Source: Bacilli bacterium (GTDB taxonomy: Bacteria; Bacillota_I; Bacilli_A; ML615J-28; CAG-698). From it: DNA of 64,000 bases. Under the pieces are notes generated by a model that saw nothing but the letters and a program-made list of their open reading frames with translations, was not told where the DNA came from and did not search any database. Shown piece after piece: positions 9,716-20,502 of this stretch (positions are counted from its first letter, which is position 1; each line of letters begins with the position of its first letter). The DNA is taken from assembly GCA_050953065.1 (NCBI GenBank), contig JBMNLZ010000002.1, positions 32,001 through 96,000 on the forward strand, written 5' to 3'. The position numbers and the translations under genes were made by a program.

Positions 9716-10492
9716 TTATAAATCCAGTAATATATATAAACTGACAGCATCTTTAAACTTTTGAATATTAAAACCAGTATTCTTTTTAATATATTCTATT
9801 TTATAATTAACAGTATTTCTATGCATATATAAATTACTAGCACTCTTACTAACATTTAAATTATTTTCAATAACTGATTTTATTAGACTAATTAATTGTT
9901 GGTCTATTAAAATTTTATCAAGTAAAAGTTTTTTTAATAATTTAATAAGTTTATAATTTCTTTTATTAATTTCTAAAACTAAATCATTAATTGAATATAA
10001 ATCGTTAATTTTATTTTTAAAATATTCATTCCATAAAAAATATAAAAATACACTATCCCTTATGTTTATAATTTCGCAAGCAAACATTTTAAACTTTATT
10101 CCAAAGTCATAACTTAAAGCTTCATGAATTCTTTTTAATTCAATATCTTCTAATTCTTCATCATAATAAATAAACATTTTATTATTAAAAACAATTACTT
10201 CAATATTATCTAACATCTCTTTTAGAATTGCTAGGATTCTTTCATCTTTAATATCTATAATTAATAATTTTTTCCTTTTATTTTTTTTACCAAAAAAAAC
10301 ATTTTCAATTAAATCTAGATTTGTATAACTATTAATAACTTTACTTAAGTATTCTTTTTTTAGTAATTCTAACTTTTCTTTATTTTTAGTAATTGCTAAA
10401 ACATTATTATCTTCATCAATTAAAAAATAATCTTCATTCAAAAATATCTTTTCTTCTAAATTATTTAGATTAATAAAATATTTATTTTCCAT
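9716..10492 (-). CDS. PucR/CdaR-family transcriptional regulator (YxkF-like)
   Basis: C-terminal HTH NLNVSKSASNLYMHRNTVNYKI; adjacent to msmX as in B. subtilis yxkF-msmX. Confidence 0.8.
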   Translation of the reverse strand: MENKYFINLNNLEEKIFLNEDYFLIDEDNNVLAITKNKEKLELLKKEYLSKVINSYTNLDLIENVFFGKKNKRKKLLIIDIKDERILAILKEMLDNIEVIVFNNKMFIYYDEELEDIELKRIHEALSYDFGIKFKMFACEIINIRDSVFLYFLWNEYFKNKINDLYSINDLVLEINKRNYKLIKLLKKLLLDKILIDQQLISLIKSVIENNLNVSKSASNLYMHRNTVNYKIEYIKKNTGFNIQKFKDAVSLYILLDL

Positions 10493-10532
10493 AATACTTT
10501 CCTTTTTTAAAAATAGTGATTATTTTTAATCA

Positions 10533-10721
10533 CTATTTTGGATTTTTTATTTTTTTAATAAGTTCAATTCGAGGTAACATTATAATTCTTTCACAAGTAA
10601 CGCACTGAAGTTTATAATCCACACCACTTCTTAAAACCTTCCACGTAGTCCCCCCACATGGATGAGGCTTTTTAAACTCTAAAATTTCTCCTACTTCATA
10701 ATTAATTACTGTTGTCTGCAT
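10533..10721 (-). CDS. DUF951 family protein (YyzM-like)
   Basis: KKPHPCG...W...R.G.D..L.C..C pattern; typical position after mscS. Confidence 0.9.
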   Translation of the reverse strand: MQTTVINYEVGEILEFKKPHPCGGTTWKVLRSGVDYKLQCVTCERIIMLPRIELIKKIKNPK

Positions 10722-11520
10722 TATGTATTACCACCTGATTATGTGGGATTTCAATTCCATTAATATCTAGTATTTCTTTAATTCTTTTTCTTAATGCTCT
10801 TTCAACTGCATAATGTTGAGCAGGTTCTGTTTTTACAGTAACTCTTAAAGTTATACCATTATTTTCTAACTTTGTTACTCCTAAAACATTCGGCCCCTCA
10901 ATTATTTCTGGATAATTTTCATGAAAACTTTCTAGGGCTTCACGTAATATTTTAATTACTTCTTCAACATTCTCTTTTAAAGCAATTTCAACTTCAACTA
11001 CACCAACACTTGGAAATCTTGAATAATTTAGAACTGTATTAATTTGACCATTCGCAAAAATTTTCAATTCGCCTTTCCAATTAAGAAGTCTTGTTGTTTT
11101 AAGACCAATCTCAGTAACATTGCCAGTGAAACCATTTATCTCAACTAAATCACCAACATCAAAAAAGTTTTCAAAAACAATATTGATTCCTCCAAGAAAA
11201 TCTTTAATCAAGTCTTGTGCCCCAAGACCAATTATTAATCCAGCAATTCCAGCCCCAGCAACTAGCGGCATAATATTAATTCCCCAAATTCCTAAGAAAG
11301 AAATAATAGCAATAATATAAACAATATATCTAATCATACTTTGAACCAATTTAGAAATTGTTGCAATACGCTTAATATTCTTTTTATTTCTTTTTACAAT
11401 ATTCCCCATTACTACTTTTAAAACTATTAAAAAGATAATAACTAAGCCGATTACAACTGCAGTATAAATTACTCTCGTTAAATTCTCTATAAAAAAATCT
11501 TTAATATCACTGAATGGCAT
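10702..11520 (-). CDS. mscS: Small-conductance mechanosensitive channel
   Basis: Three N-terminal TM helices; GLGAQDLIKDFLGG, F.VGDLV, G.V.EIGLKTT. Confidence 0.9.
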   Translation of the reverse strand: MPFSDIKDFFIENLTRVIYTAVVIGLVIIFLIVLKVVMGNIVKRNKKNIKRIATISKLVQSMIRYIVYIIAIISFLGIWGINIMPLVAGAGIAGLIIGLGAQDLIKDFLGGINIVFENFFDVGDLVEINGFTGNVTEIGLKTTRLLNWKGELKIFANGQINTVLNYSRFPSVGVVEVEIALKENVEEVIKILREALESFHENYPEIIEGPNVLGVTKLENNGITLRVTVKTEPAQHYAVERALRKRIKEILDINGIEIPHNQVVIHNADNSN

Positions 11521-12301
11521 CTGCTTTTACCTCATTGTTTTCAATTATTTCTTTTGCTAGAGCACGGTATTCTTTACTGCCTCTAGAATTATATGCAGTC
11601 TTAATTACACTTTTTCCTTGCATTGCTGCTGCTTGAATATGACTTGATCTATAAATCATTGTTGAGAAAGTTTTAGTTGGAAACATTTGTTTAACTTGAT
11701 CTACAATATCATAACTATAAACACTTCTATTATCTAGTTGAGTAATTAAAACTCCTTCAATTATTAAATGCATTCCTTTTTTCTTTTTCTTTTGTTGAAG
11801 TTGATTAATCTTATTAACCATTTGAGTTAAAGCATCATAAGCAAAAAAACCACACTCAACAGGAATAATTACTGAATCACTTGCAAATAGTGCATTCTCT
11901 ACAACAAGCCCAAGTGAAGGCGGACAATCAAGTAAGATATAATCATATTTATCTTTAATATATTGTAGCTTTTCATAAAGCAATAATTCTTTATTCTCAA
12001 CACCATGTAATTCTTCTTCAATGGTAGCTAACTTATTAGAGGCAGGGATTATATCTAATCCATTATCAAATAACGAATAGATTGCTGTTTCAATCGGACT
12101 TTTTTTAGTAAGCACCTCAAAAGTAGTTTGATTAAGATCATCCCTTATCAAACCTAAACCTATTGAAGCATTAGCTTGTTCATCTAGGTCAACTAGCAAT
12201 ACTTTTTGACCGTGATTAACTAAACCTGCTCCTAAATTAATAGCTGTGGTAGTTTTACCTACCCCACCTTTTTGATTCGCAATCGCGATAATTTTTCCCA
12301 T
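11507..12301 (-). CDS. parA: ParA/Soj family ATPase
   Basis: Deviant Walker A NQKGGVGKTT, DLDEQAN, DCPPSLG; follows rsmG. Confidence 0.9.
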   Translation of the reverse strand: MGKIIAIANQKGGVGKTTTAINLGAGLVNHGQKVLLVDLDEQANASIGLGLIRDDLNQTTFEVLTKKSPIETAIYSLFDNGLDIIPASNKLATIEEELHGVENKELLLYEKLQYIKDKYDYILLDCPPSLGLVVENALFASDSVIIPVECGFFAYDALTQMVNKINQLQQKKKKKGMHLIIEGVLITQLDNRSVYSYDIVDQVKQMFPTKTFSTMIYRSSHIQAAAMQGKSVIKTAYNSRGSKEYRALAKEIIENNEVKADAIQ

Positions 12302-12345
12302 TATCTTTCTCCCTAGTACTCTAATTTTACCACTTTAAAATAATA

Positions 12346-13026
12346 TTACAATGTTTTTTTCTTTATCATAGAAAACTTTCTTGGATATAATTTATCTGTG
12401 GTTTTTGTTTTTTTAATAAATACTAAACTTCTCTTCCCCATTTCAAGAGGTAAATCATATTTAATAGTTTCTCTTAAAGTACAATTTAACACTTTTAATG
12501 CATTATTAATTTCTTTTATTTCACTATCTATGTTTGAACCTTTTAAAGCAATAAATAAACCATTCACTTTTAAAAATGGAATTGTTATTTCAAGTAAAAT
12601 ATTTAAATGTGAAACAGCTCGTGCTAAAGCAATATCAAACTCTTCTTTATTATTTAAATCTTCTGCTCTTTTATTGATAATATAAACATCTTTTAAATTT
12701 AATGCTTCAACTAGACGCTCTAAAAATAAACACCTTTTCAAAGTTGGTTCTATTAAATAAAGTTTTAAATTAGGATAAATTATCTTTAAAGGTATTCCAG
12801 GAAAACCAGCTCCCGTGCCAATGTCTGCTACTTTTAAAGAGATAGAAAAATCTATATATTTAGAAACAATAATACTATCATAAAAATGCTTAATATAAAT
12901 TTCATCTTCTTTAGTAATAGCAGTTAAATTAATTTTTTTATTTTCTTCTATTAAAAAAGAAGTATATATTTCAAACTGTTTTTTCATCTCATCTGTTAGA
13001 TGAAAATCATTTAAATAATTAACCAT
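12346..13026 (-). CDS. rsmG: 16S rRNA m7G527 methyltransferase
   Basis: [28 protein letters not shown]. Confidence 0.96.
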   Translation of the reverse strand: MVNYLNDFHLTDEMKKQFEIYTSFLIEENKKINLTAITKEDEIYIKHFYDSIIVSKYIDFSISLKVADIGTGAGFPGIPLKIIYPNLKLYLIEPTLKRCLFLERLVEALNLKDVYIINKRAEDLNNKEEFDIALARAVSHLNILLEITIPFLKVNGLFIALKGSNIDSEIKEINNALKVLNCTLRETIKYDLPLEMGKRSLVFIKKTKTTDKLYPRKFSMIKKKTL

Positions 13027-14887
13027 TCTTTTTTCCTTCTAAATAAACAAGTAAGACTGCGATATCACTTGGATTAACTCCACTAATTCTTGAGGCTTGT
13101 CCTAAAGTTAGGGGTCTTACCTTATTTAGTTTTTCTTTTGCTTCTTTAGCAATATTAACTATTTTTTCATAATCAAAATCAAGAGGGATTTTTCTATTTT
13201 CCATTTGAATTAATTTCTTAGCTTCTTTATAAGCTTTTTCAATATAACCTTGATACTTAATTTCCATAATGATTTCTTCGCTTTTATCTTTATCTAAAGG
13301 ATTTTTTATACCAGTTAAATTAAAAATATCTTCTAAAGAAATTTCAGGTCTTTTTAAAAACTCATATAAAGAAATTTTTTTGTTTAAAATGTTTTTATTA
13401 TTTTCTTCTAAATAATTATTTATCTCTTGTTTTGGACTAATAAAGGTTTCTTTTAATAAATTTAGGAATTCTATTTTAGATGCTTCTTTTTCTTTAAACC
13501 TCTGGTATCTATCAGCCTTGATTAAATTAACAAGCCTACCATATTCAATTAATCTTGTTTCAGCATTATCATGACGAAGTAATAATCTAAACTCAGCGCG
13601 TGATGTTAAAAGACGATATGGATCCCTAACTCCTTTAGTAATTAAGTCATCAATTAAAACACCTATATATGCTTCATCTCGCCTTAGAATTAAAGGTTCT
13701 TTATTATCCATTTTTAAACAAGCATTAATTGAAGCGATTAAACCTTGACAAGCAGCCTCTTCATAACCACTTGTTCCATTTATCTGTCCTGCAAAATATA
13801 AGTTTTCAATATTTTTTGATTCTAAAGTCGATAAAAGACCCCTTGCATCAATTGCATCATATTCTATCGCATAAGCATATTTTTTTATTATAGCATTTTC
13901 TAATCCAGGCAAACTCTTAATCATTAAATCCTGTACATCCTCAGGCATACTAGTAGAAAACCCTTGAAGATAAACCTCATTTAAATGTTTGCTTTCTGGT
14001 TCTAAAAAAACTTGATGAAAATCTTTATCAGCAAACTTAACAATCTTATCTTCAAATGAAGGACAATATCTTGGTCCAACCCCTTCAACAAGTCCTGAGT
14101 ACATACTTGAGCGACTCAAATTTTCTTTAACTATTTTTTTAGTCTCATCAGTTGTATAAATAAGATAACATAATTCTTGTTTTTCTAAAGGTAAAACATC
14201 TTCTTCTTTAGTTTCAAAACTAAAGTGCCAAGGCCTATCATCCCCAGGCTGAGGAATCATGTTTTCATAATTAATTGAAGACTTGACAATCCTTGCAGGA
14301 GTTCCTGTTTTTAATCTAATTAATTCAAAACCATGTTCTTTTAAAGAACAAGAGATTCCGGTTGTTGTTTTTTCATTATTTGGACCCTTACTATAAGTTT
14401 TACTTCCCATTAGGATTCTAGAATTAAGATAAGTCCCAGTTGCTAAAATTACTGCTTTAGCAAAATACTTTTCTTTATTTTCTAAAACAACACCCTTTAT
14501 CTTTTTATCTTCAATTATTAAAGATTCAACATAGGCTTCTTCCACATCTAAATTAGGAGTATTTAAAACAACATGCCTCATATAGTTAGAATATTCTATC
14601 TTATCAATTTGAGCTCTTAAGACTCTTACGGCTGGTCCTTTTGAAATATTCAACATTTTTATTTGAAGTAAGGTCTTATCAATTGCTTTAGCCATTTCGC
14701 CACCTAAGGCATCGATTTCTCTAATAACGATTCCTTTAGCCGATCCTCCCATTGAAGGATTACACGGTGTATTAGCAATATATTCTAAACTACCTAAAAA
14801 TAGTTTAGTTTTTTTATTTAATCTAGCACTAGCCAAAGCTGCTTCAACACCAGCATGTCCACCGCCAATGACTATCACATCATACAT
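13019..14887 (-). CDS. mnmG: tRNA uridine-5-carboxymethylaminomethyl(34) synthesis enzyme
   Basis: [44 protein letters not shown]. Confidence 0.98.
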   Translation of the reverse strand: MYDVIVIGGGHAGVEAALASARLNKKTKLFLGSLEYIANTPCNPSMGGSAKGIVIREIDALGGEMAKAIDKTLLQIKMLNISKGPAVRVLRAQIDKIEYSNYMRHVVLNTPNLDVEEAYVESLIIEDKKIKGVVLENKEKYFAKAVILATGTYLNSRILMGSKTYSKGPNNEKTTTGISCSLKEHGFELIRLKTGTPARIVKSSINYENMIPQPGDDRPWHFSFETKEEDVLPLEKQELCYLIYTTDETKKIVKENLSRSSMYSGLVEGVGPRYCPSFEDKIVKFADKDFHQVFLEPESKHLNEVYLQGFSTSMPEDVQDLMIKSLPGLENAIIKKYAYAIEYDAIDARGLLSTLESKNIENLYFAGQINGTSGYEEAACQGLIASINACLKMDNKEPLILRRDEAYIGVLIDDLITKGVRDPYRLLTSRAEFRLLLRHDNAETRLIEYGRLVNLIKADRYQRFKEKEASKIEFLNLLKETFISPKQEINNYLEENNKNILNKKISLYEFLKRPEISLEDIFNLTGIKNPLDKDKSEEIIMEIKYQGYIEKAYKEAKKLIQMENRKIPLDFDYEKIVNIAKEAKEKLNKVRPLTLGQASRISGVNPSDIAVLLVYLEGKKNG

Positions 14888-14889
14888 AC

Positions 14890-15678
14890 TTATTTTCCTT
14901 TTCCTAACTCCTTAGCTCTTTTACTACAAGCAATACTTGCTTCATCAATTATTCTTAATAATTCATTTTCTTCTAATACTTCAAGCCCTGCAATAGTAGT
15001 ACCTTTAGGACTACAAACATCTTTAATTAATTCCTCAATTGTTTTAGGATTTTCTAAAACCATATTAGCAGAACTAATTAAAGTATGAGCAACAATTTCG
15101 CGTGCTAAGTTATAATCAATTCCTCTTAAAACTGCACTATCAATAAATGCTTTCATAAAGTAATATACATAAGCTGGCATACTACCATTTAGTGGAGTTA
15201 AATCATCAATTTGGTCTTCTATAACTTGATAAGTAACTCCGATTGCATTAAAAATCTTTAAAGCAATCTTCATATCTTTCATCGTGACATTATCATCTGC
15301 AGCGATTACACTAACAGCTTTATTTATTAAAGCACCGGTATTTGGCATAACTCTAATATATAAATTTTCTCCAAAAAATTCTTTTAACTTTTCAATACTA
15401 ATTCCAGCTGCAATACTAATTATTAATTTATTAGTATCTTTTATTTTTAACTCTGTAAAGTTTTGAGGTTTGATGGCAAGAAGAATTGTTTCAGCCTCAT
15501 TAAATACTTCTTCAATTGTTTCTGCAATCTCAAAATCCTCTTCTTCAAGCAAAGCACATTTTTCTTTATCAACATCATAAATAATGATTTCTTTTTCTTT
15601 AAAAACTTTTTTATTAATGATGCCTCTTAAAATGCTTTCACCCATTTTACCAACACCAATAATACCTAATTCTTTCAT
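14890..15678 (-). CDS. proC: Pyrroline-5-carboxylate reductase
   Basis: Gx[28 protein letters not shown]. Confidence 0.95.
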   Translation of the reverse strand: MKELGIIGVGKMGESILRGIINKKVFKEKEIIIYDVDKEKCALLEEEDFEIAETIEEVFNEAETILLAIKPQNFTELKIKDTNKLIISIAAGISIEKLKEFFGENLYIRVMPNTGALINKAVSVIAADDNVTMKDMKIALKIFNAIGVTYQVIEDQIDDLTPLNGSMPAYVYYFMKAFIDSAVLRGIDYNLAREIVAHTLISSANMVLENPKTIEELIKDVCSPKGTTIAGLEVLEENELLRIIDEASIACSKRAKELGKGK

Positions 15679-16908
15679 TTATCTAATTTGTCCTTTACCA
15701 TATATTTTATATTTATAAGTAGTCATTTCAACTAAAGCCATCGGTCCTCTAGCATGGAGTTTTTGAGTACTAATTCCAAGTTCAGCTCCAAACCCAAAAC
15801 AACCTCCATCAGTAAATCTAGTTGAAGCATTATGATAAACACAAGCACTATCAATTAAATTTAAGAAATTACTCGCAACATCCTCATTTTCTGTAATGAT
15901 TGCATCAGAGTGTTTTGTTGAAAAAGTTAAAATATGATTAACAGCCTCATCAAAACCTTTGACAACCTTTACATTTACAATTAAATCTAAGTGTTCTGTT
16001 GCAAAGTCTTTTTCTAATGCTTCCTCACACTCAATTATTTCTTGAGTTTTTTTACAGCCTTTAATTATAACATTTGATTTTGTAAAAAGATCTTTTAATT
16101 GTGGTAAAAATTCTTTTGAAATTGCTTCATCTATTAAAATAGTTTCAACTGCATTACAAACTGAAGGTCTACTTGTTTTAGCATTATGAACTATCTTTAA
16201 TGCTTGACAAAGGTCAGCTTCTTTTTCAACATAGATATGACAAATCCCTGCTCCTGTTTCAATCACTGGAACAAGTGAGTTTGCTACTACAAAATTAATT
16301 AAGTTTTCACCACCACGTGGTACTACTAAATCAAGATATTCTTTTGCTTTAATTAATTCTAAAACTTTATCTCTATTTGTATCGTCAATAAAAGTAATAA
16401 CTCCAATTGGTAAAATATCTTTAATTGCTTTATGCATTACTTCTACTATTGCTTTATTAGAATTTAGTGCTTCACTTCCACCCTTTAAAACACAAGCATT
16501 TTTTGTTTTTAAACAAAGTACTGCAATATCAACACTAACATTAGGACGTGCTTCATAGATTGCTCCAATTACACCAAATGGTACTCTTACCTTTTCAATT
16601 AAAAGGCCTTCTTTAGTATTAAACGTTTCTAAAACCTTATCAACATCAAAATTAATTTCTCTTATTTTTAAAACATCTTTACTAATACTTTCAATTCTAT
16701 CTTTTGTTAGTAAAAGTCTATCAATCATTGCTTTAGAAATACCTCTTTCTTGAGCAGCTAAGATATCTTTTTCATTTGCTTTTAAAATATAATCAATATT
16801 ATTAATTAATTCTTGAGAAATATTTTCTAATGCTTTGTTTATTTTAGAAGGTGCCGTTATTCCTAAAACTTTACTAGCTTCTTTAGCACTTTTTAATTTT
16901 TCAATCAT
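15679..16908 (-). CDS. proA: Gamma-glutamyl phosphate reductase
   Basis: IYEARPNV, PRGG, CNAVET, NASTRFTDG, STQKLHARGP. Confidence 0.96.
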   Translation of the reverse strand: MIEKLKSAKEASKVLGITAPSKINKALENISQELINNIDYILKANEKDILAAQERGISKAMIDRLLLTKDRIESISKDVLKIREINFDVDKVLETFNTKEGLLIEKVRVPFGVIGAIYEARPNVSVDIAVLCLKTKNACVLKGGSEALNSNKAIVEVMHKAIKDILPIGVITFIDDTNRDKVLELIKAKEYLDLVVPRGGENLINFVVANSLVPVIETGAGICHIYVEKEADLCQALKIVHNAKTSRPSVCNAVETILIDEAISKEFLPQLKDLFTKSNVIIKGCKKTQEIIECEEALEKDFATEHLDLIVNVKVVKGFDEAVNHILTFSTKHSDAIITENEDVASNFLNLIDSACVYHNASTRFTDGGCFGFGAELGISTQKLHARGPMALVEMTTYKYKIYGKGQIR

Positions 16909-18035
16909 TTATCTTCACCCTTATTTATTACTAAATCATTCGCATGAATTATTTCTTCTTTAGATTTATAACCTAAAATATTAGCAAATTCATTTGAATC
17001 TTTTCCTTTCAATAATCTTGTTTCCTCACTACTATAACTAATCACTCCTCTAGCACAAACCTTAGAGTTTTTATCTTTAATTTCTACAACGCTTCCTGCT
17101 AAGAAACTACCAACTACATCTATAATGCCTTTTGCTAGAACGCTTTTTCTTTTCTTACAAACAGCATTAATTGCTCCATCATCTAAAATAATTGCTCCTT
17201 TTGGTTCGCTATTATAAATTAACCAATGAGCCTTAGCTTGCAAGCGATTATTTTCATGACCATTAAACCAAGTACCAATATTTTCTTTATTTAAAGCTTT
17301 AATAATATTATCTAAATTATTACCATTTAAAATCAAAGTAGAGCATCCTGCATCTTGAGCCATTTTAGCAGCATGGATTTTTGTATACATCCCACCACTG
17401 CCAACCTTAGAACTACTTCCTCCTGCCATTTGATAAATCTCATCACTAATGCAATCAACACAAGAAATTAATTTTGCATCTTTATGAACACTAGGATTCT
17501 TATCATAAAGCCCGTCAATATCAGTTACTAAAACTAATAGATCAGCTGAGATTGTAGCTGCAACTAAAGCTGATAATTTATCATTATCACCCATTTTAAT
17601 TTCTTCAACTGCTAAAGCATCATTTTCATTAATAATTGGAACTACATTAAAATTAAGTAAATTATCTAAAGTATTTTTTAAATTAGTTACTCTAGATCTA
17701 ATTTCTAAATCATCATGTGTTAATAACAATTGAGCACATTTTAAATTATGTGCTTTAAAAGATTCTTCATAAATTTGAATTAACCCAGATTGTCCAACAG
17801 CAGCACATGTTTGTTTTAAATTAATTGTTTTAGGTCTTTCTTTTAATTCTAACTTACTAGCACCAACTGCAACAGCACCTGATGTTACTAAAATAACTTC
17901 ATATTTTTCTTTTAAAGTTGAAATTACTTTAGCTATCTCTTTTATCTTTGCTTCATTTAATTTTAACTTTGCATCAAGCAAAGTTGAAGAACCAATCTTT
18001 ATTACAATTTTTTTAATTTTATTAATTTCTCTCAT
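16905..18035 (-). CDS. proB: Glutamate 5-kinase with PUA domain
   Basis: VIKIGSS, NENDA, GDND.LS, GGM.TK. Start moved to MREINK based on SD AGGTGG at 18042-18047. Confidence 0.96.
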   Translation of the reverse strand: MREINKIKKIVIKIGSSTLLDAKLKLNEAKIKEIAKVISTLKEKYEVILVTSGAVAVGASKLELKERPKTINLKQTCAAVGQSGLIQIYEESFKAHNLKCAQLLLTHDDLEIRSRVTNLKNTLDNLLNFNVVPIINENDALAVEEIKMGDNDKLSALVAATISADLLVLVTDIDGLYDKNPSVHKDAKLISCVDCISDEIYQMAGGSSSKVGSGGMYTKIHAAKMAQDAGCSTLILNGNNLDNIIKALNKENIGTWFNGHENNRLQAKAHWLIYNSEPKGAIILDDGAINAVCKKRKSVLAKGIIDVVGSFLAGSVVEIKDKNSKVCARGVISYSSEETRLLKGKDSNEFANILGYKSKEEIIHANDLVINKGEDK

Positions 18036-18105
18036 ATCTGTCCACCTTGTAGCATACATTATAACATTTTTATTTATATTTGTTAAGACAAAAAGAATTG
18101 GTATA

Positions 18106-18131
18106 AAAAGGACACTTTTTTAAGTGCCCTT
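18106..18131 (-). terminator. Intrinsic terminator
   Basis: AAGGACACTT-tt...-AAGTGCCCTT hairpin after the 18152 stop. Confidence 0.65.
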
Positions 18132-18151
18132 AAGTTAAGTCATTACTTTTT

Positions 18152-19513
18152 TTAATCCCAAGATAAAGGTTGAATTCTAAACGTAGCTGAAATACTTGGA
18201 TAAGCAACAGATGTTGCTGTAATAATAGTATCAAAATATACATTTACTCTTGTTACAAGTCCATTCTCATCAACTGTTGCAGCATTTATATTGCTTGAAA
18301 CCCATGTTACAGATTTATCTATTGACGCCTCATCAACTCCAGGTGCAAAAGTCATCGTTGCAACAAGTTGTAAAGTACCTCCATTTTCAGTTGGATAATT
18401 TCCAGTAAATGTAACAGTCATTCCTGTTGCTTCTGGAATGTCATTAATTGTATAAGTTGCTTTAATATTTGCATCATCAACAGACACAGCTGTAATTGTA
18501 ACATCGCCATAACTTACAAGTGTCACAAGTCCTGCTTCAGATACTGTTGCAATACTTTCATCACTTGTTGACCAAGTAACTACTTGACTAGCTGATGATG
18601 GTAGAACTGTTGCTTTTAATTTAACAGTTGAACCAATTTTTTTAACATATTCTCCAGCCTCAATACTCATTGATTCTGGTGCATGATATTTAACAATAAT
18701 ATTATATGTTCCTCTAATAGTTGGATCGTATGGATCTTTAGCAATAACAGTAACTGTTCCTGCTGTTATTCCACTTAAAACTCCTTCTTCTGTAATTGTT
18801 GCAGTTCCAGAATCTGCACCACTACCAACAGACCAAATAGGTGTAGGTGAAGCATTATCTGGTTCAATACTACAAGTCATTTGTAAAGGTGTACCAACAT
18901 AAATTTCAGTATCTGTATTTGTAATTGTGATATTTGTTGCAGTTGCATAATTATTAACTTTAATATTGTATTTAGCCACTAAAGTAGTATCAGCCACACT
19001 TGTTGCACTAATAGTTACATTTCCTTCTGCAACCCCTGTAACTTTACCTGATGCATTAACTGTTGCAACTTCTTCATTGCTACTTAACCAAGTCACTTCT
19101 TGACTTGAATAAGAAGGAACAACTAAGGCTGTTAATTCTAATACTTCATCTTTTACTAATACATTACCATTAGCATTAATTCTAATTGAAGTTCCCGCTA
19201 AAGGAGTTACAACAATTTCTACTGTATCAAAAATAGTTTTATCTTCTTTAAAATAAGCCGTTACCGTTGCACTTCCTTCAGCTACTCCTGTAACAACATC
19301 TTCTAAAACACTTACTATTTCTTCATCGTCGCTTTCAAAAACTAAAGTTCCACTACCTCCATAAATTGAAGGAATTAATCTTAACTCTTGACCTATAGCA
19401 ATTTCTTCTGTTTGATTAGTAAACATTATTTGTACTCTTGTAACACTTCGTTTACATCCCGTAACAAATATTAATATTCCTAGTACTGCTAGTAAAAACC
19501 AATTTCTTTTCAT
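18152..19513 (-). CDS. Big_2 repeat lipoprotein (about 5 Ig-like domains)
   Basis: Lipobox FVTGC; repeated VTW.SS....ATV...G.VT motifs; no catalytic domain seen. Confidence 0.85.
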   Translation of the reverse strand: MKRNWFLLAVLGILIFVTGCKRSVTRVQIMFTNQTEEIAIGQELRLIPSIYGGSGTLVFESDDEEIVSVLEDVVTGVAEGSATVTAYFKEDKTIFDTVEIVVTPLAGTSIRINANGNVLVKDEVLELTALVVPSYSSQEVTWLSSNEEVATVNASGKVTGVAEGNVTISATSVADTTLVAKYNIKVNNYATATNITITNTDTEIYVGTPLQMTCSIEPDNASPTPIWSVGSGADSGTATITEEGVLSGITAGTVTVIAKDPYDPTIRGTYNIIVKYHAPESMSIEAGEYVKKIGSTVKLKATVLPSSASQVVTWSTSDESIATVSEAGLVTLVSYGDVTITAVSVDDANIKATYTINDIPEATGMTVTFTGNYPTENGGTLQLVATMTFAPGVDEASIDKSVTWVSSNINAATVDENGLVTRVNVYFDTIITATSVAYPSISATFRIQPLSWD

Positions 19514-19690
19514 AAAGTATCCTTTCTAACTGTTTAATTCTGTCTACTATTGTATCATAAGTTTTTAAACTTGTTAAGATTTTTTTAAATTTTATATTTT
19601 TTATTAATTCTTATTTTAAATTTAAAACAAGTTTTAATTTATATTTGCAGTTTTATATGCTTTATCATATAATTATTATGGTGAAGAAAA

Positions 19691-20452
19691 ATGGAAGAAA
19701 ATAAATTAATAACCTCTAGTGAGTTTAATGAAGAAGAACATACCTTTAAAACTATTAAAGCTAGAAAAGTTACTTTAAAAAAGAATTATAAGTTTATTAA
19801 AACAAATATCTTTTATTTAATTTATAGTGATATCTTTGTTGGAGTAATGTTGTTTTTAACAACAATCTACACTAAACTTATTTTAGGTTCTAAAATAGTT
19901 AATAAATACTATAAAAAAGAAATTAATAAATCTGGTGGTGTGATTATTGCTAACCACATCCACCCTTTAGATGTTTCAATTATTGGTAGAAGTTTTTATC
20001 CAAGAAGAGTTTATCCTTTAACTTTAAAATCTAACTTTGGTCTACCTATTATTGGTTTTATGCAAAAATCAGCCAGAGCAATTCCAATACCAGATAATAT
20101 AGCACAATTAAAAAAATTTGACTCTGAAATAATTGAAGCCTTAAATAAAAAGAAAAAGATTTTAATTTATCCAGAAGGAAGTCTCTCTCTTTATGATAAA
20201 ACTTTAAGAAAATTTAAAACAGGTGCTTTTAGATATAGTGCACTTACAAACAAACCAATCCTACCAATTATTACTACCTTTAGAAAAGCAAAAGGATTAA
20301 GAAAACTTTTTAGAAAAAACAAACCTCTTTTTACAACAACTTTTTTAAAACCAATTTATCCAGATGAATCTTTAAAAGAAAGAGAAAACATAATCTATCT
20401 TCATAATAAAGCAAGAGAAGTTATGCAAGATTTTATAGATAAAGCTTATTAA
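19691..20452 (+). CDS. plsC: Lysophospholipid acyltransferase (PlsC family)
   Basis: NHIHPLD (HX4D), YPEGS, FKTGAF. Confidence 0.8.
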   Translation: MEENKLITSSEFNEEEHTFKTIKARKVTLKKNYKFIKTNIFYLIYSDIFVGVMLFLTTIYTKLILGSKIVNKYYKKEINKSGGVIIANHIHPLDVSIIGRSFYPRRVYPLTLKSNFGLPIIGFMQKSARAIPIPDNIAQLKKFDSEIIEALNKKKKILIYPEGSLSLYDKTLRKFKTGAFRYSALTNKPILPIITTFRKAKGLRKLFRKNKPLFTTTFLKPIYPDESLKERENIIYLHNKAREVMQDFIDKAY

Positions 20453-20483
20453 AAAAAGTACAAAAATTTTTGTACTTTTTTTT
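20451..20483. terminator. Bidirectional terminator between convergent genes
   Basis: AAAAAAAGTACAAAAA/TTTTTGTACTTTTTTT inverted repeat. Confidence 0.8.
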
Positions 20484-20502
20484 AATACTTTAATTTATTT
20501 TT

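Noticed and set aside
12601-12616. parS-like half site TGTGAAACA in rsmG
   Set aside because: Only half of the palindrome matches, and it encodes the conserved RAVS motif.
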